A stretch of 63,985 bases of DNA, the filler included, from Lama guanicoe (taxonomy: Eukaryota): assembly GCA_013239625.1 (NCBI GenBank). It is 79 parts of 77 records of this genome, joined end to end, with 100 filler letters (N's around TTAATTAATTAA, not from the genome) between each part and the next. Parts side by side here need not be neighbours in the genome. Positions count along the whole stretch, not along the records: positions 25,606 to 26,501 come from MU054544.1; positions 26,602 to 27,027 come from PNXV01008233.1; positions 27,128 to 27,679 come from MU054547.1; positions 27,780 to 28,355 come from MU054548.1; positions 28,456 to 29,441 come from MU054548.1; positions 29,542 to 29,869 come from MU054549.1; positions 29,970 to 30,174 come from MU054549.1; positions 30,275 to 31,108 come from PNXV01008244.1; 71 more parts are not named here. One strand, 5' to 3'. This document shows, piece by piece, positions 25,606 through 38,002 of this stretch (positions are counted from its first letter, which is position 1; each line of letters opens with the position of its first letter). The position numbers were made by a program, and so were the translations under genes. Below the pieces are notes generated by a model. That model saw only the letters and a list, made by a program, of their open reading frames with translations, searched no databases and was not told the DNA's origin.

Positions 25606-26501
25606 GGAGGGAAACAGAGTCCACGCATTTTTCTGGGGGCACAGGTGTTCCCAGATTGTGGATGTAGTTAAACACTTCCACTGCTCATAAACAGGCACTC
25701 GATATTATTTTGGTTTAGTGTCCAACCACACCTTCGCTCAGAGCCCGTCCTATGGAAACACTCAGGGAAGTGAAGCCAAGTGATTCTATTAGATCTCAGG
25801 TGCTGCTGTCAGTTGGAGGAGCCTCCCCACACTCAGGATACCANNNNNNNNNNNNNNNNNGTGTGCTGGAGGTGGGGAAACAGAGTCCACGCATTTTTCA
25901 AGGAGCACAGGTATTCCCAGGTTGTGGGATTTTGGTGAATAATTTCCTTTTCCCATGGAGAAGCACTCGCTAATACTTGGATTTACAGCCCAACCCGAAA
26001 TTTCCCCCGCACTCCGCAATTGGCAAGCCATCATTGAAGAGAAGTAAATGTATTGTATTAGAACCCATGCGCTGCTGTTAGCTGGAGAAACCTCCCCACA
26101 CACCAAACATCTGAGAGAGATATCGTGTGTGTGCTAGAGTAGGGAAACTGTGTCCACACGTCTTTATGGGGGCACAGGTGTTCCCAGGTTGGGGATATAC
26201 TTTAACCACCTCCACTGCCAAAAGATAGGAGCTCGCTAATATTTGGTTTTAGAGAACAACCCATAACTTCGCTCAAAACCCGGCCAAGGAAAATACTCAG
26301 GGAACTGAATCTAATGGATTCAATTATATCCCAGGTGCTATTGTCAGTTGCAGGAGCCTCCGCACACTCAGGATACCAGAAAACTTCGTGTGTGTGCTGA
26401 GGTGGGGAAACAAAGAACATGCATTTTTCAGGGGTCACAGTAATTCCAAAGATGTGTGTTGTAGTTTAAACATCTCCAATACCCATGGAGAGGCACACGC
26501 T
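25606..26501 (+). repeat. Satellite D (~265-bp monomers, alternating types)
   Basis: GAAAC anchor at 25611, 25877, 26144 and 26407; CCCATGGAGA at 25952 and 26482 (530 bp). Confidence 0.9.
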
Positions 26502-27127
26502 NNNNNNNNNNNNNNNNNNNNNNNNNNNNNNNNNNNNNNNNNNNNTTAATTAATTAANNNNNNNNNNNNNNNNNNNNNNNNNNNNNNNNNNNNNNNNNNN
26601 NTGTTTTACAGAATCCAGCAGTTTACCCCACGCACAGTTTTGGTATATGGTTTACCCCAACTCCAGTTTCCTGGTACTAATTCTAACCTCCATTACCACT
26701 TAAAAGATCTTCAATCATGTTTTTATAATTACAACTACAAAAATTACTCTGAGATTTAACTCTTTTGCTCTGGAAACTTGAATTCATCTAAAGCTACTAA
26801 ATAACTTTTCTCTCTTTCCTTAGCTTTTAAGTCAGTAAGCATTTATTTATGCTACCTTGTTACTTGTTCAATTACAGGAGCCTCTTCCTGGGTTGAGTGC
26901 AGAAGCAGGTAAAGCTGAATGACATTGCTTACTCTGGTGTTTATTAACATGATACCATCTGTTCTTAAGCAGTAGGCTCTTCTCTTTTATGTGTTCTTTA
27001 TCTTATTCTATTTAGAAATTTGAATGTNNNNNNNNNNNNNNNNNNNNNNNNNNNNNNNNNNNNNNNNNNNNTTAATTAATTAANNNNNNNNNNNNNNNNN
27101 NNNNNNNNNNNNNNNNNNNNNNNNNNN

Positions 27128-27679
27128 GAGAAGGAGAAAGCAAGCCACAAGTGTAGTGACATGAACAGTATGGTACTGGCATAAAAACAGGCACTTAGAC
27201 CAATGGAATAGACTACAGAGCCCAGAAGTAAATCCACACATGTGTGGTCAAGAAATTTACAGCAAAGTAGCCTCAAATGCAGAGTCGGGGAAAGGACAGT
27301 CTCTGCAATAAACAGCGTGGGGACCACTGGGNNNNNNNNNNNNNNNNNNNNNNNNNNNNNNNNNNNNNNNNNNNNNNNNNNNNNNNNNNNNNNNNNNNNN
27401 NNNNNNNNNNNNNNNNNNNNNNNNNNNNNNNNNNNNNNNNNNNNNNNNNNNNNNNNNNNNNNNNNNNNNNNNNNNNNNNNNNNNNNNNNNNNNNNNNNNN
27501 NNNNNNNNNNNNNNNNNNAGAAATAAAAAATTAACAACTGAGGCTATATCTAATTGAAAGGCTTCTGCACAGCCAAGGAAACCATGCACACCCTGAAAAG
27601 CTGAGGTATGAAATGGGAGAAAATATCTGCGGTTCAGATCTGATTAGGGGTAATATCCAAAATATATAAAAACTGACAC
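27128..27679 (+). mobile_element. LINE-1 ORF2 3' fragment
   Basis: ACAGTATGGTACTGGCATAAAAACAGGCAC.TAGACCAATGGAATAGA (TVWYWHKNRH.DQWNR); GCTTCTGCACAGCCAAGGAAACC. Confidence 0.92.
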
Positions 27680-29541
27680 NNNNNNNNNNNNNNNNNNNNN
27701 NNNNNNNNNNNNNNNNNNNNNNNTTAATTAATTAANNNNNNNNNNNNNNNNNNNNNNNNNNNNNNNNNNNNNNNNNNNNGGTTCCACACATAGCACTGGT
27801 GGAGAGGGCTGTGTTGTCCAGCTGGTTCTTAGCCCCAAGGGCACACTGTTATTGCAAACACTCACTAATAACTATTATTTGTATATTGCCTTGCTTTTGC
27901 ATAGTGTCTAGGTCCATGTTAATTAATACTGTCACCAAAACCACCTTGGTGTTTGAACATTGGCTAAGAATAGTGTCTGAATGAGCACAAAGCTCTGATT
28001 AACTTTAAAACCTGCCAATGCACGTTCCTCTGAGTGAGAATCCAATAGCTAAGCACAGGGGCCCTTAACGACTCAACATATATTCGTGAATTCATGATGT
28101 GAGTGTCCTTAATAAAGAGGTGCCTCATATTGGAAATTCTGTGAATACGATTCTTCCTACTGCAGCTCATCAAAAGTTTTTGGACATATTCTGAACACAC
28201 TGAATTGCCCAATATCTGGAACAGCTGCTGGAACAAAGGAGGTTAAAGTCATCTTTACTGACATTTCCTTGACGTGCTATCCCAATGAAGTAAAGTGCAA
28301 ATATTAACTTTCTAAAAGCATAACAATAATTATGATTATTATTAATACTTTGTTTNNNNNNNNNNNNNNNNNNNNNNNNNNNNNNNNNNNNNNNNNNNNT
28401 TAATTAATTAANNNNNNNNNNNNNNNNNNNNNNNNNNNNNNNNNNNNNNNNNNNNGGTCTGCTGGAGGTGAGGCTGGGTACCTGGGAGGGGAGGGAGGGG
28501 CAGACCTGAGACCAAGGGGACAGACAGATGAGCTTTCAGGGACAAATCACTTCGGCTTTTATGCTCTTCAGGAAAATAGCACTCTAGGATTTATTTGGAA
28601 AGCATCTTCATTTTCAATCCTAGCATCAGGATCTGAAGGGACCCTAGAGAATCATACAAAATAGTCCATGTTAAAGACAAAAACTTAAATATTTTTAAAA
28701 CTAAAGTTAATGATTTACATAATATTAAACTGAATAAAAAAAGGATGATTACAGCATGCTACCTGAAAAACACTTCTTAAAACCTCACAATCTGTCAGTG
28801 ATAATATTGCTGTATTTCAGTGATGGCCAGCCCCAAAAATCTTGTTCAGCTGTTTTAGTGCCAATGGCTACAAGTAGGAGTAACATTTTAAATTGTTCAC
28901 CTTGAAATGTGCATTGTTAATTTTTAAGGCAAATGCTAATTTTCTAGCCCTGTTGTCTTGCCCGGTCCAGGCTGGGTGGGGAGCGATTTCTTGGGCTCCA
29001 TGCAGCTTGCTCATTATATTTGAGATTATAGAGCGGACAGAAAATAACAGAGAAAAGGAAATATTTCCTTTTAATCCTCCCTGAAGGCATTAAATCCCAA
29101 GTGAATTGAGAAAGTCATCATTATTACTGAATGCATGCTATCATGATAGAATTCACTGCAATAGAAATTTCTGGGCACACTTTATTATATCTCATCCCCA
29201 ATGACTCCTTTAAGGATTTTTGAACTAAGTAATTCATACAAGTACTAAGTAATTCATAAAAGTATTGCGACTAATAGCACTAGTCACATTGTTGGGCGGG
29301 GGTGGTATTAAATGAATGAATTTACAAAGCATTTTTATGTAATTTATCCCTCTTTGTCTTCAATAGATCTATATATCAGAAAACCTTATTAGTATTATTT
29401 TTGCAATGCCCACTTCCAAGTGAGCGAGCTGACAGACAGGANNNNNNNNNNNNNNNNNNNNNNNNNNNNNNNNNNNNNNNNNNNNTTAATTAATTAANNN
29501 NNNNNNNNNNNNNNNNNNNNNNNNNNNNNNNNNNNNNNNNN

Positions 29542-29869
29542 ATGGGGAGGTACAAGCTCCAAATCGGTTTTACAGTGAAAACGGCAGCCAATTCAATCCG
29601 GGACTAGGAAACAGACTGAGGAACCAGAGTAAGGGTTTCTCCTGCAACCCGTTCCCTTTGTGCTGGATGAACGAACGTCTCTCCACATGCTCAGTTCTCA
29701 GAGATAAGTGTGTGTGAAAGCCTTCCTTCACCTAGCTTGAAGGGAACACAAAGTTCCTTTTCAGTTGCCAACTCCACTCCATACAGATATATGGGGAGAT
29801 ACAAGCTCCAACACGGTTTTACACTGAAAACGGCAGGCACTTCAAACCGGCACTCGGAAACAGACTGAA
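29542..29869 (-). repeat. Satellite B (reverse strand)
   Basis: GGATGAACGAACGTCTCTCCACATGCTCAG and other B motifs. Confidence 0.95.
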
Positions 29870-29969
29870 NNNNNNNNNNNNNNNNNNNNNNNNNNNNNNN
29901 NNNNNNNNNNNNNTTAATTAATTAANNNNNNNNNNNNNNNNNNNNNNNNNNNNNNNNNNNNNNNNNNNN

Positions 29970-30174
29970 TGCTGGATGAACGAACGTCTCTCCACATGCT
30001 CAGATGTGAAAGATAAGTGTGTGTGAAAGCCGTCCTTCACCCAGCTTCAAGGGAACACATAGTTTCTTTTCAGTTGCAAAGTCTATTCCGTACATATATA
30101 TGGGGATGTACAATCTCCAACTCTATTTTACAGTGAAAACTTCAGGCACTTCAAACCGGCACTATGAAACAGAC
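29970..30174 (-). repeat. Satellite B (reverse strand), partial monomer
   Basis: Same motifs as 29542-29869. Confidence 0.92.
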
Positions 30175-30274
30175 NNNNNNNNNNNNNNNNNNNNNNNNNN
30201 NNNNNNNNNNNNNNNNNNTTAATTAATTAANNNNNNNNNNNNNNNNNNNNNNNNNNNNNNNNNNNNNNNNNNNN

Positions 30275-31108
30275 TGCAGGAGAAACATTTACTCTGGTTT
30301 CTCAGTCTGTTTCCTAGTGCTGGGTTGAAGTGTCAGGCGTTTTCACTGTAAAACCGAGTTGGAGCTTGTACCTCCCCATATATATAATATGGAGTGGAGT
30401 TTGCACCTGTAAAGAAAATATGTGTTCCTTTCAAGCTAGGTGAAGGACGACTTTCACACACACTTATCTCTCAGAACTGAGCATGTGGGGAGACGATCGT
30501 TCATTCAGCAAAATGGGAAAGAGTTGCATGGGAAAAAATTACCCCTGTTTCTCAATCTGTTTCAAGTGCCGGTTGGAAGTTCCTGGGGTTTTCACAGTAA
30601 AACCTAGTTGGAGCGTGAACCTCTCCATATATATGTATGTACTGGAGTTAGGAACTGAAAGGAAAATTTTGTTCCCTTCAAGCAAGTTCAAAGATGGCCT
30701 TCACACACACTTATCTCTCAGAACTGAGCATGTGGAGAGACGTTCGTTCATCCAGCACAAAGGGAACGGGTTGCAGGAGAAACCCTTACTCTGGTTTCTC
30801 AGTCTGTTTCCTAGTGCCGGTTTGAAGTGCCTGCCGTTTTCACTGTAAAACCGAGTTGGAGCTTGTACCTCCCCATATATATGTATGGAGTGGGGTTTGT
30901 TACTGAAAAGAAACTATGTGTTCCGTTCAAGCAAGGTGAAGGAGGGCATTCACACACACTTATCTCTCAGAACTGAGCATGAGGAGAGCGGTTCGTTCAT
31001 CCAGCACAAATGGAACGGGTTGCAGGAGAAACACATACTCAGGTTTCTCAGTCTGTTTTCTAGGGCCGGTTGGAAGTTCCTGGGGTTTCACAGTAAAACC
31101 TAGTTGGA
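30275..31108 (+). repeat. Satellite B with alternating monomer variants
   Basis: Variant block CCGGTTGGAAGTTCCTGGGG at 30569 and 31066 (497 bp). Confidence 0.93.
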
Positions 31109-31208
31109 NNNNNNNNNNNNNNNNNNNNNNNNNNNNNNNNNNNNNNNNNNNNTTAATTAATTAANNNNNNNNNNNNNNNNNNNNNNNNNNNNNNNNNNNN
31201 NNNNNNNN

Positions 31209-32121
31209 GTAAAATACTGAATGTAGAACACAGAATATAGAATATAGAATACACAAGACAGAAACCAGTGTTTAGAACACGGAATGTAGAACAAAGATTA
31301 TAGAATATAGAATAAAGAATGCAGAACCCAGAAGTTAGAACATTGATTTCAGAACACAATATATAGAATATAGAATACAGAACACAGAACCCAGTATCCA
31401 GAAAATGAAATGCAGAACATAGGATATGGAATAAATATACAGAATATACAATGTACAATAGAGAATGTAGAACACAGAATATAGAATACTGAATACAGAA
31501 TACAAAATACAGAATACCCAGAATAAAGGACTTGGAATTCAGAACCCAGAATATAGACTACAGAATACAGAATACTGAACCCAGAATTTAAACATGGAAT
31601 TCAGTACACAGAATTTACAATATAGAGTACAGAATACAGAATATAGTATGTAGAATATAGAATGTAGAATACAGAATATTGAATATAGAGTATAGAATAT
31701 AGAACCCAGAATTTAGAACATGGAATTCAGAACACAGAATATAGACTACAGAATACAGAATACTGAACCCAGAATTTAAACATGGAATTCAGTACACAGA
31801 ATTTACAATATAGAGTACAGAATACAGAATATAGTATGTAGAATATAGAATGTAGAACACAGAATAAAGAATATAGAATACAGAACAAAGAACCCAGTAT
31901 GCAGAAAATGAAATGCAGAACATAGGATATGGAAAAAAGTATACAGAATATACAATGTACAATAGAGAAAGTAGAACACAGAATATAGATTATTGAATAC
32001 AGAGTACAGAACCGACAATAAAGGCCTTCGAATTTAGAACACAGAATATAGACTACAGAATAAAGAATACTAAACCCAGAATTTAAAAATGGAATTCAGT
32101 ACACAGAATTTAGAATATAGA
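31209..32121 (+). repeat. Satellite A
   Basis: Heptamer variants; long internal repeats at 31553, 31741 and 32048. Confidence 0.95.
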
Positions 32122-33214
32122 NNNNNNNNNNNNNNNNNNNNNNNNNNNNNNNNNNNNNNNNNNNNTTAATTAATTAANNNNNNNNNNNNNNNNNNNNNNN
32201 NNNNNNNNNNNNNNNNNNNNNTCCCTAGTAAAGAATCTATCTGTCCTCCCTCCCATCCCACCACTTCTTTGTTTGTGAGAATTCTGTACTCACCACACAC
32301 CATCCTGAAGGCAGGTGCCTTGCTGGCTGGGACCGAGATGTTTCAGTCTCACACAGCCTGCGTCCTTTCACTTTCCCCTTTCTANNNNNNNNNNNNNNNN
32401 NNNNNNNNNNNNNNNNNNNNNNNNNNNNNNNNNNNNNNNNNNNNNNNNNNNNNNNNNNNNNNNNNNNNNNNNNNNNNNNNNNNNNNNNNNNNNNNNNNNN
32501 NNNNNNNNNNNNNNNNNNNNNNNNNNNNNNNNNNNNNNNNNNNNGAGGAGACTGCATAAAATTTAAATGGCTTTGAAGAGAGAGATAACCAGGGACAGAG
32601 AGGTCACAGGTCTTAGTCAATAGTGACACGAGGCAAAATGTTCTTCATATGATCAGAGTGGCTTCTGAACACAGGGTCGGCAGGGAGGAGGTGTCAGGCT
32701 GTGAGTGGGATGAGTGACACTGAGTACGCTACCCTAGCTGGGGAAGTATTGGATTTTGTTCTAGTTTTCCAAACAATTTCTTACTACCTTTTCCACTTAT
32801 TGTCACATACCATTTCCTACGGATTAAGAAAATCAATGTCAGTCATTTGGGCCACTTGGTAGAAGCTACACGATGCCATTCACAAGGCTGGGATATGACA
32901 GCCACACCAGTCTAGGTGGAAAGACCAGTGGGGTATTTCCAAGGTAATCACGGGCATGCAGCAAACTCCCCAGCTTCAACGACCTCCTTTCAAAGCTGGG
33001 GTCAATAAATCTACCAAGCAAAGTGCGTGAAGATTATGGGCGACATCTGTTTACTAGGTAAGTTACCGTGACAGCTGCAGCTGAATGGGGAGTGAGTAAG
33101 ATTAACAAGGTCCTNNNNNNNNNNNNNNNNNNNNNNNNNNNNNNNNNNNNNNNNNNNNTTAATTAATTAANNNNNNNNNNNNNNNNNNNNNNNNNNNNNN
33201 NNNNNNNNNNNNNN

Positions 33215-33404
33215 ATCTCAGAACTCCTATAATTCTTAACTGTTTTGCAATGGGAATGTAATATTGACAAAAAATTGATTTTGGATAACAATGTGGTGTT
33301 TTCTCATGGTTTAATTAGGGGATGTGTGGATAATGCCAGAGATCCAAAACAAACATTCTTGCTCAAGTGCTGGGCAAAGATGTGTAAAGGTTCTGCATTA
33401 TTAG
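33215..33404 (+). repeat. Low-copy duplicated segment (paralog at 35908-36097, opposite strand)
   Basis: Shared CTTAACTGTTTTGCAATGGGAATG...ATTTTGGATAACAATGTGGTGTTTTCTCATGGTT...TGCTCAAGTGCTGGGCAAAGA. Confidence 0.85.
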
Positions 33405-34091
33405 AACTGAGGACTGCTTTCAAAATGATGACTACACACACTCTATTCCAGGTAGTCCAAGGAAACAAAGGTTACTGCAATTTGTAGTTGAACAGGAATA
33501 AGTCAGTGGTTCAGTCTCTATAAATTAGTCAACGTGTGTTCAAAGCCAAAATAAGTTATGTCAACAATGAGAATTAAAAGAAAAAAACTTGGATATATGC
33601 TTAAATTAATAAGAGAAACAGTCCTGTGCTGGGCTCTGGGGACTGGAGAATGTATATGCCTCAGTCCAATTCAGAGTTCAGTGGTTTGGCCCTAGTATCA
33701 GCTCGGGATTCAATGAACAGATAACAATTAGAATACTGGAAAAAATATAATCTATCTCTCCCTGATCTGAAGAAAACCTGGTGGTTCAATGAATCTCTTA
33801 TTTCACAGAGATTCTGCCAGATACAGAGGAATAATTCACGGATGACTCAACTAATACAAACTTAGTTACTGCTTACCAATCCATCTTCACACACACACAG
33901 TGGTACACAGACTTGTAGTATTTAGTGGGAAGAATTCAGTGAGCAGAGCTCAGAGTACAGTTTTCAAACACCAGCCAAATTTTTTACTTTTNNNNNNNNN
34001 NNNNNNNNNNNNNNNNNNNNNNNNNNNNNNNNNNNTTAATTAATTAANNNNNNNNNNNNNNNNNNNNNNNNNNNNNNNNNNNNNNNNNNNN

Positions 34092-34546
34092 TGGACTGTT
34101 ATTTGTTGGGAGGTTTTATATTGCTATTTTGATTTCATTTGTAGTGCTCTCCTTGTTCAAGCGGTCAGTTTCTTCTAGATTCAGTCTTGGTGGACAGTAT
34201 GTTTCCAGAAACTTGTCCGTCTCCTCTAGGTTATCCAGTTTGTTTCCACAAAATTTTCATTATATTATCGTATATGTTATTCTGTATTTCTTTTTTATTT
34301 CTTCTAATTTCTCCATTCTAATTTGTGCTCTCTCTCTTTCCTACTTTCAGAGTTTGGCCAGAGGTTTGTTGATTTTACTTACTTTTTCAAAAAACCAGCT
34401 TTTGTATTGGTTGATTTTTTTCCTATGGTTTTTTCAATCTCTATTTTATATATTTCCACCCCAATGATTTTAATTTCCTTCCTTCTGCTTCCTTTTTGGG
34501 TTTTTTGTTCTTCTTTTTCTAGTTCATTCTGCTGGCAGGATAAATT
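34092..34546 (-). mobile_element. LINE-1 ORF2 fragment (antisense)
   Basis: TTTTCAAAAAACCAGCTTTT is the reverse complement of KSWFFEK; overlaps the region seen at 19986-20300. Confidence 0.92.
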
Positions 34547-35333
34547 NNNNNNNNNNNNNNNNNNNNNNNNNNNNNNNNNNNNNNNNNNNNTTAATTAATT
34601 AANNNNNNNNNNNNNNNNNNNNNNNNNNNNNNNNNNNNNNNNNNNNTGCGGGCACATTCGGCTTCTCAGACCAGGTAACTTTCTAACTCTGCCTAGGAAC
34701 ACTCTACTGCCAGTAAAGGAACTCTCAGACAGGAAGCACACAATGCCTCTAGTGAGGGTTGCCTCCTTCAAACAGTCAAGATGCCATTACCAAGCAAATA
34801 TTTAAACCTAATGCAAAACTTCTGAAGACATTTTACAAACAATATAGTTTCTATAGATGCATACTATTTGCTCTGGAATAGTGATTTCCAACGGAGGGAA
34901 CAAAGGGCCACATGACCCAAGCAATTTTTTAAAACTGCACATAACCATCCCTCTTCACGTGAGGATTCAGGCAAGCCCGTCTTACAGGCCTAGGTGTAAC
35001 AGAAAGACAGCACATCTAGGAGTAGGGTGAAAAGCAGCGAGGCAGACTTCAAGTGAAAGGGGGTGATGTAATAGGCCCCATCGCCCGCTTGCCTCCCACC
35101 ACAGGACAATCATCTCAGATCGAGAACACTTTGGGAAACAGTGGTTGTTTATGTTTTTATGGTTTTCTGGTGGAAATAATGCCGAGTCATGTGGAGTTGT
35201 GGCTGCAAAATTGAACAGGGGACCAGACATTTTNNNNNNNNNNNNNNNNNNNNNNNNNNNNNNNNNNNNNNNNNNNNTTAATTAATTAANNNNNNNNNNN
35301 NNNNNNNNNNNNNNNNNNNNNNNNNNNNNNNNN

Positions 35334-35402
35334 CTGGAATTTGACACAGCATTGTAAAATGATTATAAATCAATAAAAATGTCAAAAAAAAACTCAAAAA
35401 AA
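35334..35402 (+). mobile_element. LINE-1 3' terminus and A-tail
   Basis: CTGGAATTTGACACAGCATTGTAA matches the L1 end at 10385-10408; AATAAA and an A-run follow. Confidence 0.8.
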
Positions 35403-35907
35403 AGTCAATTCCTAATTTGTGGAAGTTAAGGTCTGTTACTGTTTCTATTCATTACCATCACAAACCAATATGTAGATTTATGTTTCATTTCCATTTACAC
35501 TATTATTTCATTATTTATTTTCTCTTTTTGGTATTGTAATATTTATTTGTTTTAATTAGTAAGTTTATTTTTTATGGGAATAATGATGACAAAGTTAATA
35601 AAAGGGAATTTTCAATAAAAAAATTAAAAAAAAAAAAANNNNNNNNNNNNNNNNNNNNNNNNNNNNNNNNNNNNNGAAAACATCACAAAAACACTAGTAT
35701 ACAGGCTCCATCAAGGGTGCGGTGAGGGATTCCGTTAGAAACGCCTTTCCTAGGAGGCCCGAGTTACTAGAATGTTCATTTTATCCTTGTGGTTGAGTTG
35801 AGNNNNNNNNNNNNNNNNNNNNNNNNNNNNNNNNNNNNNNNNNNNNTTAATTAATTAANNNNNNNNNNNNNNNNNNNNNNNNNNNNNNNNNNNNNNNNNN
35901 NNCAGAC

Positions 35908-36097
35908 CTAATAATGCAGAAGCTTTACACTTCTTTGCCCAGCACTTGAGCATGAGTTTTTTCTGTGGATCTCAGGGATTATCCTCACATCCCATAATGC
36001 AACCATGAGAAAACACCACATTGTTATCCAAAATTAAGTCTTTGTCACTATTGCATTCCCATTGCAAAACAGTTAAGGATTGTAGGATTTCTGAGAT
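35908..36097 (-). repeat. Low-copy duplicated segment (paralog of 33215-33404)
   Basis: Colinear reverse-complement match. Confidence 0.85.
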
Positions 36098-36489
36098 TTT
36101 ACAATGCTGAGATTTTTAGCAACCTAGCATGTTCATTTCTTACAGATGCTGTCGGGGAGTTGAGACTATCGTTCAGAGACAGTGAACTTTATCACTCGCA
36201 GCAAGAGCAACCAGTTTGAAATTTGTATCCATTCTCTAATCTCAAGTGAATACACAGAGTGAAATTTTGATGCCTACAGAAGCAGTGGGCTATTAACATG
36301 AAGAATGTTTAAGGCATGGTAAAACATTAATTTTATTAGTATCTTTATGTATAATTTATTAGAATCTTTTATTTATTGGTAACTTTGCCAAGGATAAGTA
36401 TATCATGACTCAAGTTTACTTGCTGCAAAAACAATCATGAGAAATGACATGGGAAAAAATGACCATTGACTTTCCATTTTTCTTTCCCC

Positions 36490-36766
36490 TTTTTTTGAGC
36501 TATAATTGTCATAAAACATTGTTAAAGTTTAGGTGCATAGGATAGTGATTTGATTTACAACTATCATGAAGTAAATATAATAGCAACTTTAGGGAGATTT
36601 CATTATCTCATTTAGATACAATTTTAAAGAAATACAATTTGTGTTTTGGTTGTGATGATAAACCTTAAGGTCTACTCTTCTTAACATCATTAATATAGAA
36701 CATAAATCAGTATTAATTGTAATTTTCATGTTTTTACTGGGCATCCCTTGAACACTTTTATTTTAC
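36490..36766 (-). mobile_element. Old LINE-1 3' end (antisense)
   Basis: TTTTTTGAG.TATAATTG.CATA.AACATTG...AGTTTAGGTG.A.AG.ATAGTGATTTG is typical of an L1M 3' terminus. Confidence 0.6.
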
Positions 36767-37239
36767 NNNNNNNNNNNNNNNNNNNNNNNNNNNNNNNNNN
36801 NNNNNNNNNNTTAATTAATTAANNNNNNNNNNNNNNNNNNNNNNNNNNNNNNNNNNNNNNNNNNNNTTGCTGAATTAATTACAAACTGGGAAGCCCAGGT
36901 GGAGTTAGCGGCTCTATCCAGAATTATCTCGTAAAAGTGTTTTCACCAAGTGACACAGTAATCTATTCCCTTATCAGTCTGTCTTCTACACCACCTGCAG
37001 CATTCCTTAGGGTGGGTGGAAACATGGACCAGGGCCAGGCAGAGAAGATTCTCTAAGTGATAAATCTCACCAGGAGAGCATGTTGCCCTAGACCACACAA
37101 CCGTGTGACCCAAGTCTAACAGTGTCACTTCTGCGGAACTCCAGGATGATGTCCAAGAGACTGAGGGGAGGGAGGACACTGATCTCACCAGGCCTGCTCA
37201 CTTCCAGGGAGTAACAACTAGAGCACTAACCCAAGGCCA

Positions 37240-37335
37240 AGGGCTCAGTGCTCACCTATGTGTTTTATTCAATCCTCCCAACCCTAAGGTGGGTATTGCT
37301 ACCCCCACTCTACAGGAGAAAAAAACAATCTCAGG
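37240..37335 (-). mobile_element. MIR relic
   Basis: TTCAATCCTCCCAACCCTAAGGTGGGTATTGCTACCCCCACTCTACAG. Confidence 0.5.
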
Positions 37336-37435
37336 NNNNNNNNNNNNNNNNNNNNNNNNNNNNNNNNNNNNNNNNNNNNTTAATTAATTAANNNNNNNNN
37401 NNNNNNNNNNNNNNNNNNNNNNNNNNNNNNNNNNN

Positions 37436-37902
37436 GCCTAGGCATGCCATCAGGGAAGACAAGTTAAGGGATTCTATTAGATCCTATGAGCTGCCGTCAT
37501 TTGGAGGAGCCTCCCCACAATCAGGATACCTGAGCACGTCTCCGTGTGTGTGCTGGAGGTGGGGAAACAGATTCCACGCATCTTTATGGGGCACAGGTGT
37601 TCCAAGGTTGGGGAAGTAGTTTAAAACCCNNNNNNNNNNNNNNNNNNNNNNNNNNNNNNNNNNNNNNNNCATCGCTTACTGCTAGGCCTAGGAAAACACT
37701 TAGGGAAGTCAAGCTAAGGGATTCTATTAAAACCCAGGTGCTGCTGTCTGTTGGAGGAACCTCCCCACTCTCAGAAACCCAGAAAACTTTTTAATGTGTG
37801 TGCTCGTCGTGGGGAAACATAGCACTTGCATTTTTTAAGGGTCACAGTAATTTCCAAGTTGTGGGTTATAGTTTAAACATCTCCACTGCCCATGGAGAGG
37901 CA
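37436..37902 (+). repeat. Satellite D
   Basis: Near-identical to 52963-53310 (CAGGATACCTGAGCACGTCTCCGTGTGTGTGCTGGAGG). Confidence 0.92.
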
Positions 37903-38002
37903 NNNNNNNNNNNNNNNNNNNNNNNNNNNNNNNNNNNNNNNNNNNNTTAATTAATTAANNNNNNNNNNNNNNNNNNNNNNNNNNNNNNNNNNNNNNNNNN
38001 NN

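Noticed and set aside
27964..28236. 90-aa minus-strand ORF beside an acceptor-like site
   Set aside because: No recognisable domain; consistent with a chance ORF or UTR sequence.
28900..29130. TAAT/ATTA-rich segment resembling a conserved non-coding enhancer
   Set aside because: Conservation cannot be assessed from one sequence, and motif density is unremarkable for AT-rich DNA.
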